From the NCBI GenBank assembly GCA_051362555.1, contig CM120648.1, forward strand, positions 18,038,587-18,102,586: a stretch of 64,000 nt of DNA, in the 5' to 3' direction. The notes beneath the pieces are model-generated. The model had not been told where the DNA came from. It searched no databases and saw only the letters and a list, made by a program, of their open reading frames with translations. Shown here piece after piece: positions 1 to 13,718 of the stretch. Every line of letters begins with the position of its first letter. The stretch's first letter is position 1. The DNA is from Lingula anatina (taxonomy: Eukaryota; Animalia; Brachiopoda). The position numbers and the translations under genes were made by a program.

Positions 1-1381
1 AACGAGTGGCCGGAATGGCGCCAACGCTTCATCCGATATAGGCAGGCCACTAAACTGGACTCGGAGGCAGGGGGAATTCAAGTATCTGCTCTGATTTATG
101 CTATGGGAAAGGATGCAGAACAAATATTTTCTACCTTTAAGCTATCCACAGCAGATGCTACGGCAGAAAATTCAGAAGGTGAGCCCGAGGCAGAGAATTT
201 TGACGTTGTTATTGCTAAGTTTGACGAGTATTTCATTCCACGAAGGAATATTATTCATGAAAGGGCAAGATTCCGTCAACGCCGACAGATACCTGGAGAA
301 TCAGTTGAGACTTTTTATAGAAACTTAGTGGAACTTTCAGAAAATTGTGAATTCACCAACAAGGAGGAAGAGATAAGAGATGCTATTGTAATTGGAATCG
401 CCGACAGAAATTGCTCATTAAAACTCCAATTAAAAGCCGACTTGACCCTGAAAACAGCATTAGAGATTGTTCGCAGTATGGAACTGATCAAATTACAAAA
501 CAGTACTAATCCAAGTGTTGCAAACGTGAGTGAAGTGGAGAAAGGAAATAGACAAGCCAGAGGTAAACCCAGAGGTCAAAACAGCCAACAAAGAGGTCAG
601 CCCAGACGATGTGGACAATGTAATCATATACTAGACCACAGACATGCATCATGCCCAGCACAAAACAAAAAGTGTAATAAATGCCATAGAATTGGACACT
701 TTGGTGTCGTGTGTCTCGTACTTTTAAAAGCAGTGCTAGTAAACAAATGGGTAGTGTTCATGAAGTTATTGCAGATGACATTGATGATGTAGAATGTTTC
801 CTTGGATCATTGTTTACAGAGAATAGTAGTAATGATTCAGAATGGAATGTTAAACTAGACATGAATGGTCAGTCTGTAGATTTCAAAATAGATACAGGGG
901 CAGATACCAGTGTAATTAGTAAGGCAATGTATGAAAGTCTAAAGCCAAGTCCCACACTCTCTCCCACCACAGTAGTGTTGAATAGTCCAGGTGGAAAATT
1001 AACCAACATTGGCAAGTTTGTAGCAAAAACAAAATTTAAAGAAAAAAATGTATACATTTACTGTACATGTTGTCAGAGAGAATGTGAGTAACTTGCTTGG
1101 AAGAAGTGCTTGTGTTGACATGGGTTTAGTAACTAGAGTGTTACAGGCAGATTCAGTTGGTACACTTAAGAGTGACCCAGTACATATTAAGTTGAAAGAT
1201 AGTGCAAAACCATGCATATAGTGTTAGTGCAACCAGACGAGTCCCAATTCCATTGTTACCAAAAGTCAATGCAGAACTAGAACGTATGGAAAAGGCAGGT
1301 GTTATTGAGAAAGTAACTGACCCGGTTGAGTGGTGTGCACCCATGGTTCCAGTTGTGAAACCTAATGGTGATGTGCGCATA
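1..1381 (+). pseudogene. gag-protease-RT N-terminus of Gypsy element, frameshifted
   Basis: ORFs 103-792, 711-1091 and 1202-1396 join through frameshifts near 717, 1048 and 1200; ends ...KPNGDVRI at the insertion. Confidence 0.9.
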
Positions 1382-4300
1382 CAGTGGTCGGAATAATTTT
1401 GTTTCCGTTGTACACCGGTGTAACAACGTTCGAAATGTTTTAATCCCTATCTTGTGAATAGAAGGGGGCGGACAAACAATGGAGGGCCGTATAAATCCCT
1501 TCAAAATTCGAACGCACAAACACAATAGCTTAGGTGGAATAACACAATACTTAATACGAGTGAACCCCATGACGCCGGTATCTGTGGCCCAGCGCGAGCG
1601 TGACAATCCGCTGTAACTAGGTGTAATTAACAGCAGGATACATCAGCCAGAAGGTCCCTATTGTTTGTTGCGGCGATAGGATTATAGCTTGAAGAGGCTA
1701 AACCCATGCTAAGGTGTGCCACGCGAAGCGAACTGTCCTTTTGTTCACTAGTTTGGCACGCGCAGCTGGTTTTTAGTGTTGCTAACAAACTGCTAGTTAA
1801 ATTTGTTGTCAGTTATTTCATCCTATATGAAATTTCCGCAGTCAAAAATTGAACTAATTATTGTTTGTTTGGTTGAAATGCATGAGCGTCAGCATCAATC
1901 TGTCTCAAAAAATTCCTATTGCATTAATTTATAAATGTATAATTTATTTATGTACTTACGTTTTAATTTGAAATATCTGCATTCAAGCGTTCAAGTATTT
2001 ATAAAACATGAATGATAATGAAAGAGGAATAAGGAAATAACATATTACTTATATTATGCTTATATTATAATATTGAAATTAAATGAGGTGCATTGACATA
2101 GGCGCAATGACAATCCAACTACAACGTGCAACAGGGGGAAGTCTGGCTGTATGGTCATACAATATACGAAAGTACGGTCAATTAAAAGTGTAAATCATCA
2201 GTTAAAGAGGAGGGGGTCTTACTATAGCTCGCTATCTATTGTTAAACCCGACTGTCATTATCTCTCGAACAAGCTTAAAGCATGCCTTTACAATTACTGT
2301 GTCTCCGGATGCCGTTCAGAAACACCATGTCGAACATATTTTGCTACAGTGAGAAACATGGTACACTAGCGACTTGTTTTAGATCACTCAAGAAAGGATG
2401 CATACGTGCGACACCAGAGGAAAAACAATCAAGTATGCATCTGATCCATTAATAGTAATTACAGTGCATGTTACTAGACCTTTGTCCTAACTCAGTAGTT
2501 AGGAATAGGATGTTTGGATAAAAAAGCTTCTATTCATCTGCTTAGACCTAGGGCGTGATGCTATCATCCGATGAAACACGTAACTAAACCCTCTACCTGA
2601 ACCTGAAGTCCCTTTAGCTGAAACAAAAACTGCCCCTTGAACATGTCCATTTTTTAATCGTCAAATGATTTGTGATTTCATTGAACGTCTTTGATCGAAA
2701 GCTTTCAAGTGACAATAACCGAACCGTGTGTTGATTATTTATTAAAGCGTAATTAAGTTTATTCAACATGATCTATTTTGTAAACGATACTTGCCAAGAT
2801 TGAGCTTGGATTGATCACCGTCACTATTTAGCTACTCGCCTATAATGCGTGCTGAACGACAGACAACTTAAAAATATTATCTGTGTAACTGTGCAAATGA
2901 ACGCATTTAGTTAAAATATAACGAAGCCGGCATTTAATCCATCGAACATTTTTATATTTGTTCTTTTAGAACCAGTGTAAGGTTAACGCCAAATCAAAGC
3001 AAGCCTTGCAGACTGGTTTTGTTTAAACTGTCGTGCATCAAGTAAAGCTAAGTAAAGCCTGTTTCTACTTCGCAGTGTTCATCCCAGCCATAAAACTGCA
3101 TGAAGGATAACAAGACTCCGTAGACCTGTGCTTCAGGTTTCCAGGAGTCCCGTGTAACACAATAATATCGAAGGCCTGAGAGTAATACATATATTAGGCC
3201 GTGTATGAAAGATTTAACAAATTAGAAATTCAAGAATTTAAACATGCTAGGTACATGCACATCACTTAATAAGTCATTTCACAAAAATCGCATCTAATTG
3301 TTTAGATTAACCTTTACTTTTATCGATCTCATCCCATTGTCTCAACCACCTAAAAGAAATATAGAGAACATGAGGAAAAGTAACACGTTTACATGCAGGT
3401 GAAGGAGTTATACTTCAATATTAATCGCGAACAATATCAACAGCGACTAAAGACCGTTGCCTGTCTTTCACACTTTTACACAAACACACGAAGGTTTAAT
3501 AAAGGGAGTCGCGGCGCGATATCTATCTCTTTCATTCGAACAAGCAAAGGGCTGACCCGGAGTAAGCTTTCTATACTAATGTCCTTTTTATTGTATATTG
3601 TAATTACTCTACTTGCTCGCCTCCATTGTCTTGTAAAAATGACAAAGAATGTGTTGTATTCACACACGAGTTGAAAGAACTTTGCATAACTCCTTTGCCT
3701 TAAGTTGCATAATGTCTTTCTCAAGGTTATAATCAGTGTGAAGAGGGTGTCTTGCCTCATTTAAAAAGGGTGTTGTTCTTCATACTGGTTGTTGCTTAAC
3801 TTATGCTAATCTTAAACTTTTATGTACCAATATGGTTTTAATAAATCGCCAAAATTATGAATTTAATGAACATTGTGTATCAAACGTTTTGATACGATTT
3901 AAATAAATGGACGAGGAGGATTACGGTATTAGGTTCTATTTACCTCTGGCTTTAACTTCGCCCTGCTATATAAATGAACAAATGTTGCAGATCGTAACAA
4001 AAAACTTTCTTATAGTGTTTTATGACATATATGATTTACACATTTGATAGTGAAACACTCCTCGACTTTAACGAATCACCTGACGTAAACTGTCTACCCG
4101 CGCTCCCCGAAAAAACTGTTTCTTTTAATTTTGAAATGAATTGCTTTTAAGGCAAAGAAGTCCATTAAACCCTTTAGTCTCAATAATATTGTACAGCATG
4201 TTGTAATCGATATTTTAAAAAAAAGTTAATTTTTGTACTCCGCTTTCATCGAGGATACCTCAAGTTGAGGTTACAATTACGTCGCTCGCCTATGCTACTG

Positions 4301-5775
4301 GAATATATATTTAAGGACAAATTAAGCTTTGTAAAGTCCCTATTGTCACACACCATAGATACTTTATTTTGTCTTGAATGAAAAAATAGCCTCAAATTAT
4401 CGTTTTGTGCTTAAACCTTTCATTACTTGAACCAAGATCTGTACTATAGCTACCAAGACGTACATGCATCAAGTTGGGTCTGCTGGGGGAGGGGAGCATT
4501 TAAATGATAAACGAGGAAGTCTACCTGCAAAAGCAGCAGCAGTGGTTTAAATAATCGCTATCTAGACTCCTTTTTCTTTAACAGCAACATAAAAAGTGTT
4601 TAGGGAGAAAGTCACACAAAGACCCGACGTTGTTTTGTCTTCAGCATTTCCTCTTCCTTGTTATCTGCAATTACTATCGTCAATTAATGAAATCGAGAAA
4701 GCAATTAAGTGACGGCACATTGAATATAGTCACTAGGTGCATTTCGCTGAGTGTTTACAAGATCTAGCTACACATTTTATCGCCACGCGTTCTAGTTTGA
4801 TTAGTTTAGAAAATTAAACAGTTACTCTAGCGGCTCTCCGTTATTGCTATGAATCTGACATCGAATTTAGTCCAAAATATTAGTAAATTCAGAATTATTA
4901 GCTAAAACGTAAATTGCCCTAATTTGTCAGATAATCAAAAATGCCGGTGATCCACGCGGAGGGTAAGCTTTCCTGAAGGTAGCGGCGCCGAACGGCGACG
5001 ATATTTTTCTGAATAGTGAACCTTTATTAGTTACGAAAAGCCCCCTTTTCAACAGGCGCGTTTTATTAATTACTTCATGTCACAAAGTTAATTTATACAG
5101 GCAAAATTTATTCAAGGAAATAGTTTCACGAAATGAACGAGAGTAAAATATAAGTCGGCACAAATATAAGGCACACAACAATGAGTCATGTTATGGATCA
5201 TGTTATGGGCCATGTCGGATTATAATGGCATACCTTGATGCAAAACAGTCTATCGTTTCTTCCACCGCGAGTCCCTTTATTTAATGTATTGTATTACTCA
5301 TTACCCGTTTCATTTGACACTCTCTCTTTTTATCTCCCTTCCCCTTTCTCTTGTTAGAGGAGGGTAAATAATTAAGCACTCAAAATCTGCACCACCAATC
5401 TTCAGAAAAACATAAGTCAACGGACCAGTGGGCTGATCCACAACATCCGACACAGCAGAATGAATCAAATAACAGCTAGCACAAATGTATATGCAGTTAG
5501 CTATAGTGTCACTACATACATTATCAGCTGCACGGGCGAAGCTGTTGAACAAAAGGATAGTTCGCTACGGGAGACCGTTTGTTTACAGAAGTACTCTAAG
5601 GGGGCGTGGCTACCCAGGCGACCAGGGAATTAGGCTAGTCACTATATGCCGTCAACAATTGTTTAGCGACCCTATCATTATACACTCTCTCTATTGTATT
5701 TTCCACCGCATTAATTGCAGTGTAATCTTCAAATGGTCCACGGGGTAAATGTACACATTCTTAATCCTAGTACGG
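1382..5775. mobile_element. 4.4-kb unclassified insertion with TA target duplication
   Basis: Removing it plus one TA restores GDVRI-CVDLRRLN; TA at 1380-1381 and 5776-5777; termini only weakly inverted (10/15). Confidence 0.85.
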
Positions 5776-5777
5776 TA

Positions 5778-8280
5778 TGTGTAGATTTGAGGCGTTTGAA
5801 TGAGTCAGTTGTACGAGAGAAATACTTGATCCCTACTAAAGAGGAAGTACTTAGTCAACTTGCAGGTGCATCATTTTTTAGTAGTCTAGATGCTGCAAGT
5901 GGTTTCTATCAGTGTGAGTTGGATAGTGATAGTAGTAAACTTACTACATTTCTCTCACCGAAGGGACGGTTTTGTTTCAAAAGACTACCATTTGGGGTGA
6001 CTTCAGCTCCAGAAATATTTCATCGGAAAATGTGTGAAATACTTGAGGGTCTAGATGGTGTTGTAGTGTATCTAGATGACATTTTAGTCTTTGGCAAGAG
6101 TGTAGAGGAACATGACAAAAGACTTCCTAAAGTCTTAAACAGACTGGACGAGAAGGGTCTGAAACTCAACATGCAGAAATGTAAGTTGCGAAAATCAGAG
6201 TTGAATTTCCTTGGCCAAAATATCAGTGCGTCTGGTATTGGTATTGATAAGTCTCGAGTGCAGTCAATACAAAACTTGGAAGTACCAAGTAATGTGTTAG
6301 AGCTCAAGCGTGTCCTAGGAATGGTTAATTACCTGGGGAGTCACCTGAGTGAGCTTTCTGAGAAACTTCATCCCTTGAATGAACTTTTACGTTCAGATGT
6401 TCAGTGGCACTGGGGTTCCGATCAGGATAGTGCTTTTAAGGAGGTAAAGCGGTTAGTTTCCTCAGCCCCAGTCCTTGCATTTTATGATCCATCCTTACCT
6501 ACAGTGGTTTCAGCAGATGCCAGTAGTTATGGATTAGGTGGTGCACTCATGCAGTATCATGGTAGTGTACTTAAGCCAGTAGCATACTGTTCGCGAATAC
6601 TTTCTGAAGCCGAACGTGGTTATGCCCAAATTGAAAAAGAATGTTTAGCTGTAGTTTGGGTATCAGAGAAATTTGATCGCTATTTGCGAGGCATGGAGTA
6701 TGAACTGTTCACCGATCACAAACCATTAGTTCCCTTGATCAATGTTCGTGATCTTGACAAAGTTCCCTTACGTTGTCAGAGACTGCTAATGCGATTGATG
6801 AGGTATTCACCCAAAGCAGTGTATGTCCCTGGGAAACAGTTGTTAATAGCTGATACTTTGTCACGTGCTCCAAGTTCCAGTGACACATCAGACAAAACAA
6901 TGTTGATACCACAAGATATTGATGCTTATATCAATAATGTAGAGTCATGCTGGCCAGCTTCTGATGAGAAATTATCAGAGATTAGAAATGTTTCATCTGT
7001 TGATGATGAAATATCTACTGTTTATCAATACACATTGAATGGATGGCCCAAGTATGTAGATTCAGTAAATCCAGTCGCACAGAAATTTTACAGTGCCAGA
7101 GCACATTTGTCAGTGCATGATGGATTGTTAGTTTATGATGACCGTATTGTCATACCAAGAAAAATGAGGTCAGATATGTTGGAAAGGCTTCATAGTGGTC
7201 ACCAAGGTCTTACAAAGTGTAGGCAGAGAGCACAAAGTAGTATATGGTGGCCTGGTATTAGTCGAGATATTGATAGTTAAGTCAGTAAGTGTGAACATTG
7301 TCAGATTCACAAGCCGTCAGCTCGAAAAGAACCAATGAAATCAACTCCTCTCCCCGATAGGCCATGGCAAATGTTAGGGGCAGATTTGATGGATCACAAA
7401 GGAAAGAGTTTCTTAGTTGTGAGTGATTATTATTCGAGATACATTGAACTAGTGCATTTGTCAAGCACCACTAGTTTTGCAGTGATTGCAAAGTTGAAGA
7501 ATATCTTTGCCAGGTTTGGTATACCTGAGGTGTTCATTACTGATAATGGACCACAATTTGTTCCTGAGAAATTTAGTGAGTTTTCTCAAGAGTATGGATT
7601 CACTCATACAACTTCAAGCCCGCATTACCCACAGGCTAATGGGCATGTAGAAAGGGCGGTACAAGTTTGTAAAAAGATTCTTAGTCAGTCAGATCCAATG
7701 TTAGGTTTATTAGCATATAGGTCAACTCCACATTCAGCAACTGGGTATTCACCAGCTCAATTGTTGATGGGAAGAAATCTGAGAAATACTGTTCCCTGTC
7801 TTCCGAAGATACTAGAACCGAAATGGCCTAATAGTGAACAAGTCAGGTTCAAAGACGAGTTAGCAAAGAGTTATCATCAGATACATTATAATGATAGGCA
7901 TGGGGTAGTTAGAGCTCCTGAGTTAAAGTCAGGAGATTTTGTTAGAATTAAAACTGACAAAGAAAAGCTGTGGAGTGAGGTTCCTGCTCAGGTTGTGGGA
8001 AAAACAGATACTCCATATCAGGTCATATGTGGTGAAAACGAGTGAGGGTGCAGAACTCCGTAGAAATCGGAGACATTTAAGTGTTATGCCAGAACTAGCT
8101 GAAAAGCATGTTACCACTCCTGTACATGCTAGTAAGTCTGTTGAATGTAGTGGCAGTACAAGCAATGAAAGTGGTATGCACGGTGTTAGCAACAACATTC
8201 ACACAACTGAAAGTGCAAGTAATGTATTGCAAACAAGATCGGGTAGAATTGTAAAACCTGTTGAATGTTTAGACTTGTAG
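5778..8280 (+). pseudogene. pol (RT, RNase H, integrase) of Gypsy element, disrupted
   Basis: ORF continues CVDLRRLN...YLDD...; stop/frameshift near 7280 within the integrase zinc finger; frameshift near 8020; ends TRSGRIVKPVECLDL*. Confidence 0.92.
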
Positions 8281-8448
8281 ATTTTCTGTATACTGTTTGT
8301 TACATATAAGCATGCTTAATGCAAGTGAACTTTATGAACTTTATTGAAAAAAAAATGTTGATTGTATGTTAAATGTAATAGCTTGATGTTTAAAGGTTTA
8401 GAGACATTTAATTCCACACTTTATTAGTTGTTATCTTTGGGGGGAAGA

Positions 8449-8548
8449 TGTCATATACGTCTTGGCCTAAAGCGCCACCTGTGAGTAGTTACAGATGTAT
8501 GAGAATAAAAAGACACGTGTGAATTAGCGTGTTCGTCTTTATTTGACA
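8449..8548 (+). repeat. 3' LTR (~100 bp) of first Gypsy element
   Basis: Follows polypurine tract GGGGGGAAGA (8439-8448); TGTCATATA...TATTTGACA inverted ends; AATAAA at 8504; partner LTR not in window. Confidence 0.7.
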
Positions 8549-9032
8549 TGAACTAGTTTCAGTGAGTATTTTTATGAACGACCTTCACCTATTCTTGATG
8601 CGTGATACGCAAAAGGCAAACTTGTGCTTGTGGATATGCATTTGGAATATTGGGCCACTTTTGTATGATTTTATTAATGAGAATTTATCATTTTTGAAGG
8701 GCCTTACCTTAGGAAAAGGGTTTGAATTTACGTAATCTAATATCATTTATGCAGGAGATTATATGACCTACAGTACATATGTATTAAGAGTTTGCGTAAA
8801 CAAATTGGAGTGAACACGTGTAAAGAAGTGAGAGAGGCGGATAAATGTGGATCTGTTGCGGGTTGTAGCTGAACTCTAGAACTGTAAAGGATGACAAACA
8901 TTTAACAAAGGTAATTCTGGTTTATGATAACGTTTGTAAAGCAGGCCTTCTAAAGTAAAACGCAATTCATGATGTTTAGTTTAACTTTCATTGAATGCCA
9001 TATGGGTTTACCATGTACCAGTATGATATGTA

Positions 9033-9816
9033 GGGGAGAGCGGGGTGGGTTGGAACGCGGGTAAGTTGGAACATTGGCTTTATTTCTTAAATCACAAGAC
9101 TGATCATGTGCTCCTTCAGCATAAAAATGTCACGTGGCATGGTCATTCATCTGGTAAACTTGTGGAAGTTTCGAAAATGCATTAAAAGTTTTATTCGAAA
9201 AAAACTTATTTTCGCTACTCGAAGTAAGTTTTCATATTTTTGACATTCATCGTGCTGTAAACTAAAGTATAAGGATTATATCACTGAAATTGTGCAAAGC
9301 GTTTAGGACCACCTTGATGTTCAAAAAGCTGTTTTTTTTTAATCACTTCCCACGTGTTAAAGAAATACAGTGTCATAAGTAGGCCATGACGTCATGGGGG
9401 CTGGTCGGAACATTTGACATGGGGCCATGGGGCCAGTTGTAAAAAATGCTTACAAACTATGGAGATACGAATACAAAGTAACACGCACTTGTTGGGAAAT
9501 TAATATAGATAAACCTACTCTTAAAATGAATTATACTTTGAATTTATATGCAAGCGTTCCAACTCGCCCTCTTGTTCCAACTCACCCCACTGCCTGTTCC
9601 AACTTACCCCGCGGGTGGGGTGAGATGGAACGTTTTAGGAGGCAACTTTGAGCATTTATTACTCTAAAATAAAAAGACCTACTTGATGTTTTATTTCATA
9701 GGTGAGTGCGGCATATAATTTTCCCCTATCAGATTTTTTATTTTTGTCCCCAAAGCTTTGACTGCTGAGATATCGCAAAAAAGGTGAAAACTGTTCCAAC
9801 CAACCCCGCTCTCCCC
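9033..9816. mobile_element. MITE, Tc1/mariner-pogo type
   Basis: 24-bp TIR GGGGAGAGCGGGGTGGGTTGGAAC / GTTCCAACCAACCCCGCTCTCCCC (one mismatch), TA on both sides, internal TIR-like subrepeats. Confidence 0.9.
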
Positions 9817-11664
9817 TAGTATACGTACCACTCTACGTACCTTATAGCGTATTCTAAAATTGCTCTGTTAGCTCTTTATTTATTGTTATTTTTTCCATTA
9901 CAATTATTGCCAACTTCTTTATTTCTCATTATTTCAGAATTCACAGATGAAGAACTTTTCTGCCTGTATGTGCCAATATGTTTTCTGGCATACTTATAAC
10001 CTGTTCATGGCAGATTGGATGAGAGAAAACAGTTTTCTTATTTTATTTGTACTGCAAGCTTCTCAACAATGATCAAACCACAATTAAATTAGTGATACTT
10101 TTTTGTTACACATACAAATAGAAGCCTGAAAGCGATAGACTATATTAAAAAGGACTTTAGATTTATGCATTTCTGAGTTTTGTTTAACTGAAATTGAACT
10201 TTACATTCAATTTTTGATAGTTTTTATCATGAGTGTAACTCGCCAATTTCAGATTGTAAGTGTATCTTTGCCCTTTATAGTTTCTCCTTTGACCAGCATC
10301 AAATACATGTAGTAAATTAAAAAATATACAAGCTTAAAAATATGGAATTGTTAGAAAAATAATATAAGTGGATTCCACGATCACTAGTCTCACGACACTT
10401 TTACTAATGGAAATATGTTTGAGTTATATATGTGTCCTGATACAAATAAAGTGTCATTGCCAGAACGTGCACTGTTCATTCCATGCAGTGAAAAATTTGT
10501 TTCCCATGGAAAGCGTACTTGGTTGACCCATGTGCAAATCTCCAAAAAGTATCCAAATTGTATCAAAGATACCAGTGCCAAATTCCAAATGTGTGCGGCT
10601 CAGTCCATTTTTGTAGAAGAAAGAATTGAGGGGGACAGCTCAATAACATGTACTGAGAATTTTTTTTATAAATAATTTCAAATACGATTTTAAATCTATT
10701 GAGTATTTGCAAAAAAATATCAAGATTTACATCGTTTACTTTTCATGCAACTTTAAGTGATCCTTTCCCATTAAAAGTCATGCCAAGTATCTGCTACAAA
10801 CTGAACTCCCCTACACCAAGTGGAAATTAATGTGTCAAAGACGCGTGCAGTGCTAAATTCTGAAGTCGTTTTGTTTGTTGAAATTTGATAACGGAAATAA
10901 ACTACAGAGTTTGAGACCTAGTGCGTAATGGTGAACAAACTGGATACTCTGATGCTAAGTCGATTTTTCATTCAAAATTGTGCAGACTGCTGTATGACGA
11001 CAAATTTCGTGAAGAACTCTCAACGACAGCGCAGAACTGCAGGTGCGATAATGATAAAAATCGTCATTTTGAATTAAGACATCCGAGAAGGTAAAAGTTA
11101 TATTAACACATTGGTTTTTTTATTATATTTATTGGAAATATAGTTTTGTTACTGAAATAAAAGATAAGTACTTTGATTTTCGATATTTGAAAAAGTCAGC
11201 AGACCTTCACTTGCTTCTGTATTGGAAAAAATGACGTCAGAATATGGTCAAAAACGCACTTCAACAGCTGGCAAAAAAAGTTGCCAGAATAAATTCTGAT
11301 GAAACTTGGTAGGTTTATTTTGCGTATTAAAAGTCATCTTCTATCGACTGGAATAAGGTGCACACTCTCTGTGATAGGAGATATCTCAAAATGTTACGGT
11401 GTTGCTATGGATAATAATCGGCATGTTGGCCGACTTTGTCGAGTTATATTTCCTTCATTTCACTTTGATTCTGGGTAAATCTCACACTTACAGACGCGTG
11501 ATAAACTCTGCTACCATGCCTTAATTTTTCATAAGAACATTCAGAGGTAATGAAGTACAATTCTTTAATTTCCGTGCTGGTTGCGAAATTTACAAAATTT
11601 CAACCGCGACGTCATCTCAGCGCACGCGCTCCGTTCTGAATATCTTCCTACGCGCAGCCAGTTG

Positions 11665-12120
11665 GGTCCGTGTATGGGGGGGCAAAGTTATTTCCATTTC
11701 GTCAGAAAATGAAAAAACGGCCGTTTTTCATTTTCATTTGATAGAAATAGCCAAAATGTAATGGAAAATGAAACTCAGTTTTCGTTTTTCCATTTAAAAT
11801 GAAAAATGGAAAAACGGAAATTGCCCTCGTTTTTTATATTTTACTATAAAATGCAAAATTCAACATCGACAGATCCCCGATGTGATAGAAAATATAAATA
11901 TCGACCGTTTTCGTGTTTTCTAATGTTTAAAATGTGAAATAGATAACAAAATACCCTTTTATCCTTGTCTTTGAGAAAATAACAGGTTCGAAAAGTGTTC
12001 ATTATTCAATTTTTGATTCAAATAGAAAAACGGAAGTCCGTTCGTTTTTCTGATTTTCATTTCATGAATGAAAATGGAGAAACGGACGTACAGACACACA
12101 GACAGAGAAATGGCAGCCGC
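11665..12120 (+). repeat. left arm of ~450-bp inverted repeat (putative long TIR of a DNA transposon)
   Basis: GGTCCGTGTATGGGGGGGCAAAGT...GACACACAGACAGAGAAATGGCAGCC aligns in reverse complement with 27549-27998. Confidence 0.8.
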
Positions 12121-12325
12121 TGCAAGTTTATAAGTTATTGGTGATTAAATTCTGTCAGATAAAGCTTAAATGCAATGAATTTTAAAATTTTATAGAAAAT
12201 GCAGAATTTGGGGATTTGCTGTTTACGTTGGACTAAAACTTCAACTTAAAGCCATAACAGAAACGAAGATCCATTTCAAGTGTGCACAAGAGAGTTAAAA
12301 TTTGTGCAACAGACAGGTACATGTA

Positions 12326-13718
12326 CACACACTGGACAAAAGAAGTGTCACCCCTACTGAGCCAATGCTATGGGGGAGATAAATGACTGTGGAATGATAT
12401 GCTCCTGGTATCTTTTTATTAACATCAAATTTCACAAAAGATCACAAAATGAGAACAAAATATACATTTTACCAAAATATGCAGTTTCAAGTCCAAAATT
12501 AGTACTTAGTGGCATAGCCACGTGACCTAATAATAGGTGCCAGTCTACGAAGCAAGGTTTCATATAACTGTCTGCTGCGTTCAGGGCTTATGCTGGCCCA
12601 GGCATGAAACACTCAATATAACAGAGTTTCTCTGCTGGTTAGACGGGTATTTGTAAAAAGTTTTGACATATCTTTCCACACATTTTCTATCATGTTTGCA
12701 TCCGGACTCTGGGCAGGCCACATCACCCTGCGAATGTCCTGTTGGTCAAACCGATCATCAACTGCTCTGGGCCTGTGACAAGGAGCATTGTCATCCTGGT
12801 GAACAAATGGACAATTCCTGTCACCAAACATGTTAGTAATAGATGGTAGCAAGCCTGACTCCAAAACATCGATGTATTTCTAGTGATTCATGTTTCCATT
12901 AACCACTATCAATTCGCCCAAGCCATGGATGCTGATGCAGCCCCACACCATGATGAATATGCTGCTCCGGGTTCGAAAATTCAGTGCATGTGGTTCAAAT
13001 GCTTTATCAATAGTTTGCCAGCATCATACCCGTCTGTCATCAGAGGTCAGACCAAAGCGACACTCATCAGAAAAAATACAGGGTATATAGGACCAATTGT
13101 CATGAACTGTCCAGTTCCAGATCCTGTTGACCCTAGTTTACTCTAAGTTGCCTGTTCTGTAACGATATAAGAGGTTTCTGTCTTGCTACCCTGCTGTACA
13201 CTTGCTTAGCATGTAACCGACGCCTAGCAATTTTCACAGACACATTCCTATATGTGAAATTGTTCCACTGTGTTGTAAACTGACAAGCAATGTCGAACTT
13301 TGACAACCTGGACATCAAAATCAGTCGTCGGTCTTCACGGCCAGTATTTTTTCTTGGACGACCCATCAGAGGCAATTTGTCTCTTGATCCAGTGTTTCTA
13401 TACCGAGACCAGACCCTCTGCACGGTTCTGACTGAACAATTCAATTGTATCGATATTCTGACATTGCTTATATTCCGCCTCTTCAGGTTAATAACTTGCA
13501 CCTATAACCGTTAGATAATTGCCTGTATCTTGCCATATTGGAGGAAGACAGGAATAACATTTGCTGTACATGTACAAGTCTAACAATACAATTCAATGGT
13601 ATAGCAGTTTTATACTCATTAGTCACATTATAAGTAGACCAGGCATTATAAGTACCCAAGATCTGCCTACTTTTATTACTCTGAGTTAGGGGGTGACACT
13701 TCTTTTGTCCAGTGTGTG
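12326..13718 (-). mobile_element. Tc1 (DD34E-type) DNA transposon, full length, inactive
   Basis: 29-bp TIR CACACACTGGACAAAAGAAGTGTCACCCC, TA TSD at 12324-12325 and 13719-13720. Confidence 0.95.
12499..13536 (-). pseudogene. Tc1 transposase pseudogene
   Basis: HTH region with GRPRK, catalytic FSDE, HQDDNAPCH, SPDANMIENVW, C-terminal GYATKY*; frameshifts and an in-frame TAG near 12881. Confidence 0.92.

Larger units (their letters stand above)
1..8548 (+). mobile_element. Ty3/Gypsy LTR retrotransposon (Mag-like), degenerate, 5' end outside window, interrupted at 1382-5775
   Basis: Gag with two zinc knuckles (second CNKCHRIGHFGVVC), protease FKIDTGAD, RT (YLDD), RNase H (ADASSYGLG, EKECLA, TDHKPL), integrase (H-H-C-C, ITDNGPQF, GHVERAV) in Gypsy order; PPT and 3' LTR present. 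Confidence 0.95.

Noticed and set aside
5715-5777. N-terminus of the 521-aa ORF (MQCNLQMVHGVNVHILNPSTV)
   Set aside because: Read-in from the end of the 4.4-kb insertion; real pol sequence resumes at 5778.
9940-11100. Possible exon fragments and an 86-aa ORF (10415-10675)
   Set aside because: No recognisable motif or consistent exon chain; could be decayed TE sequence.
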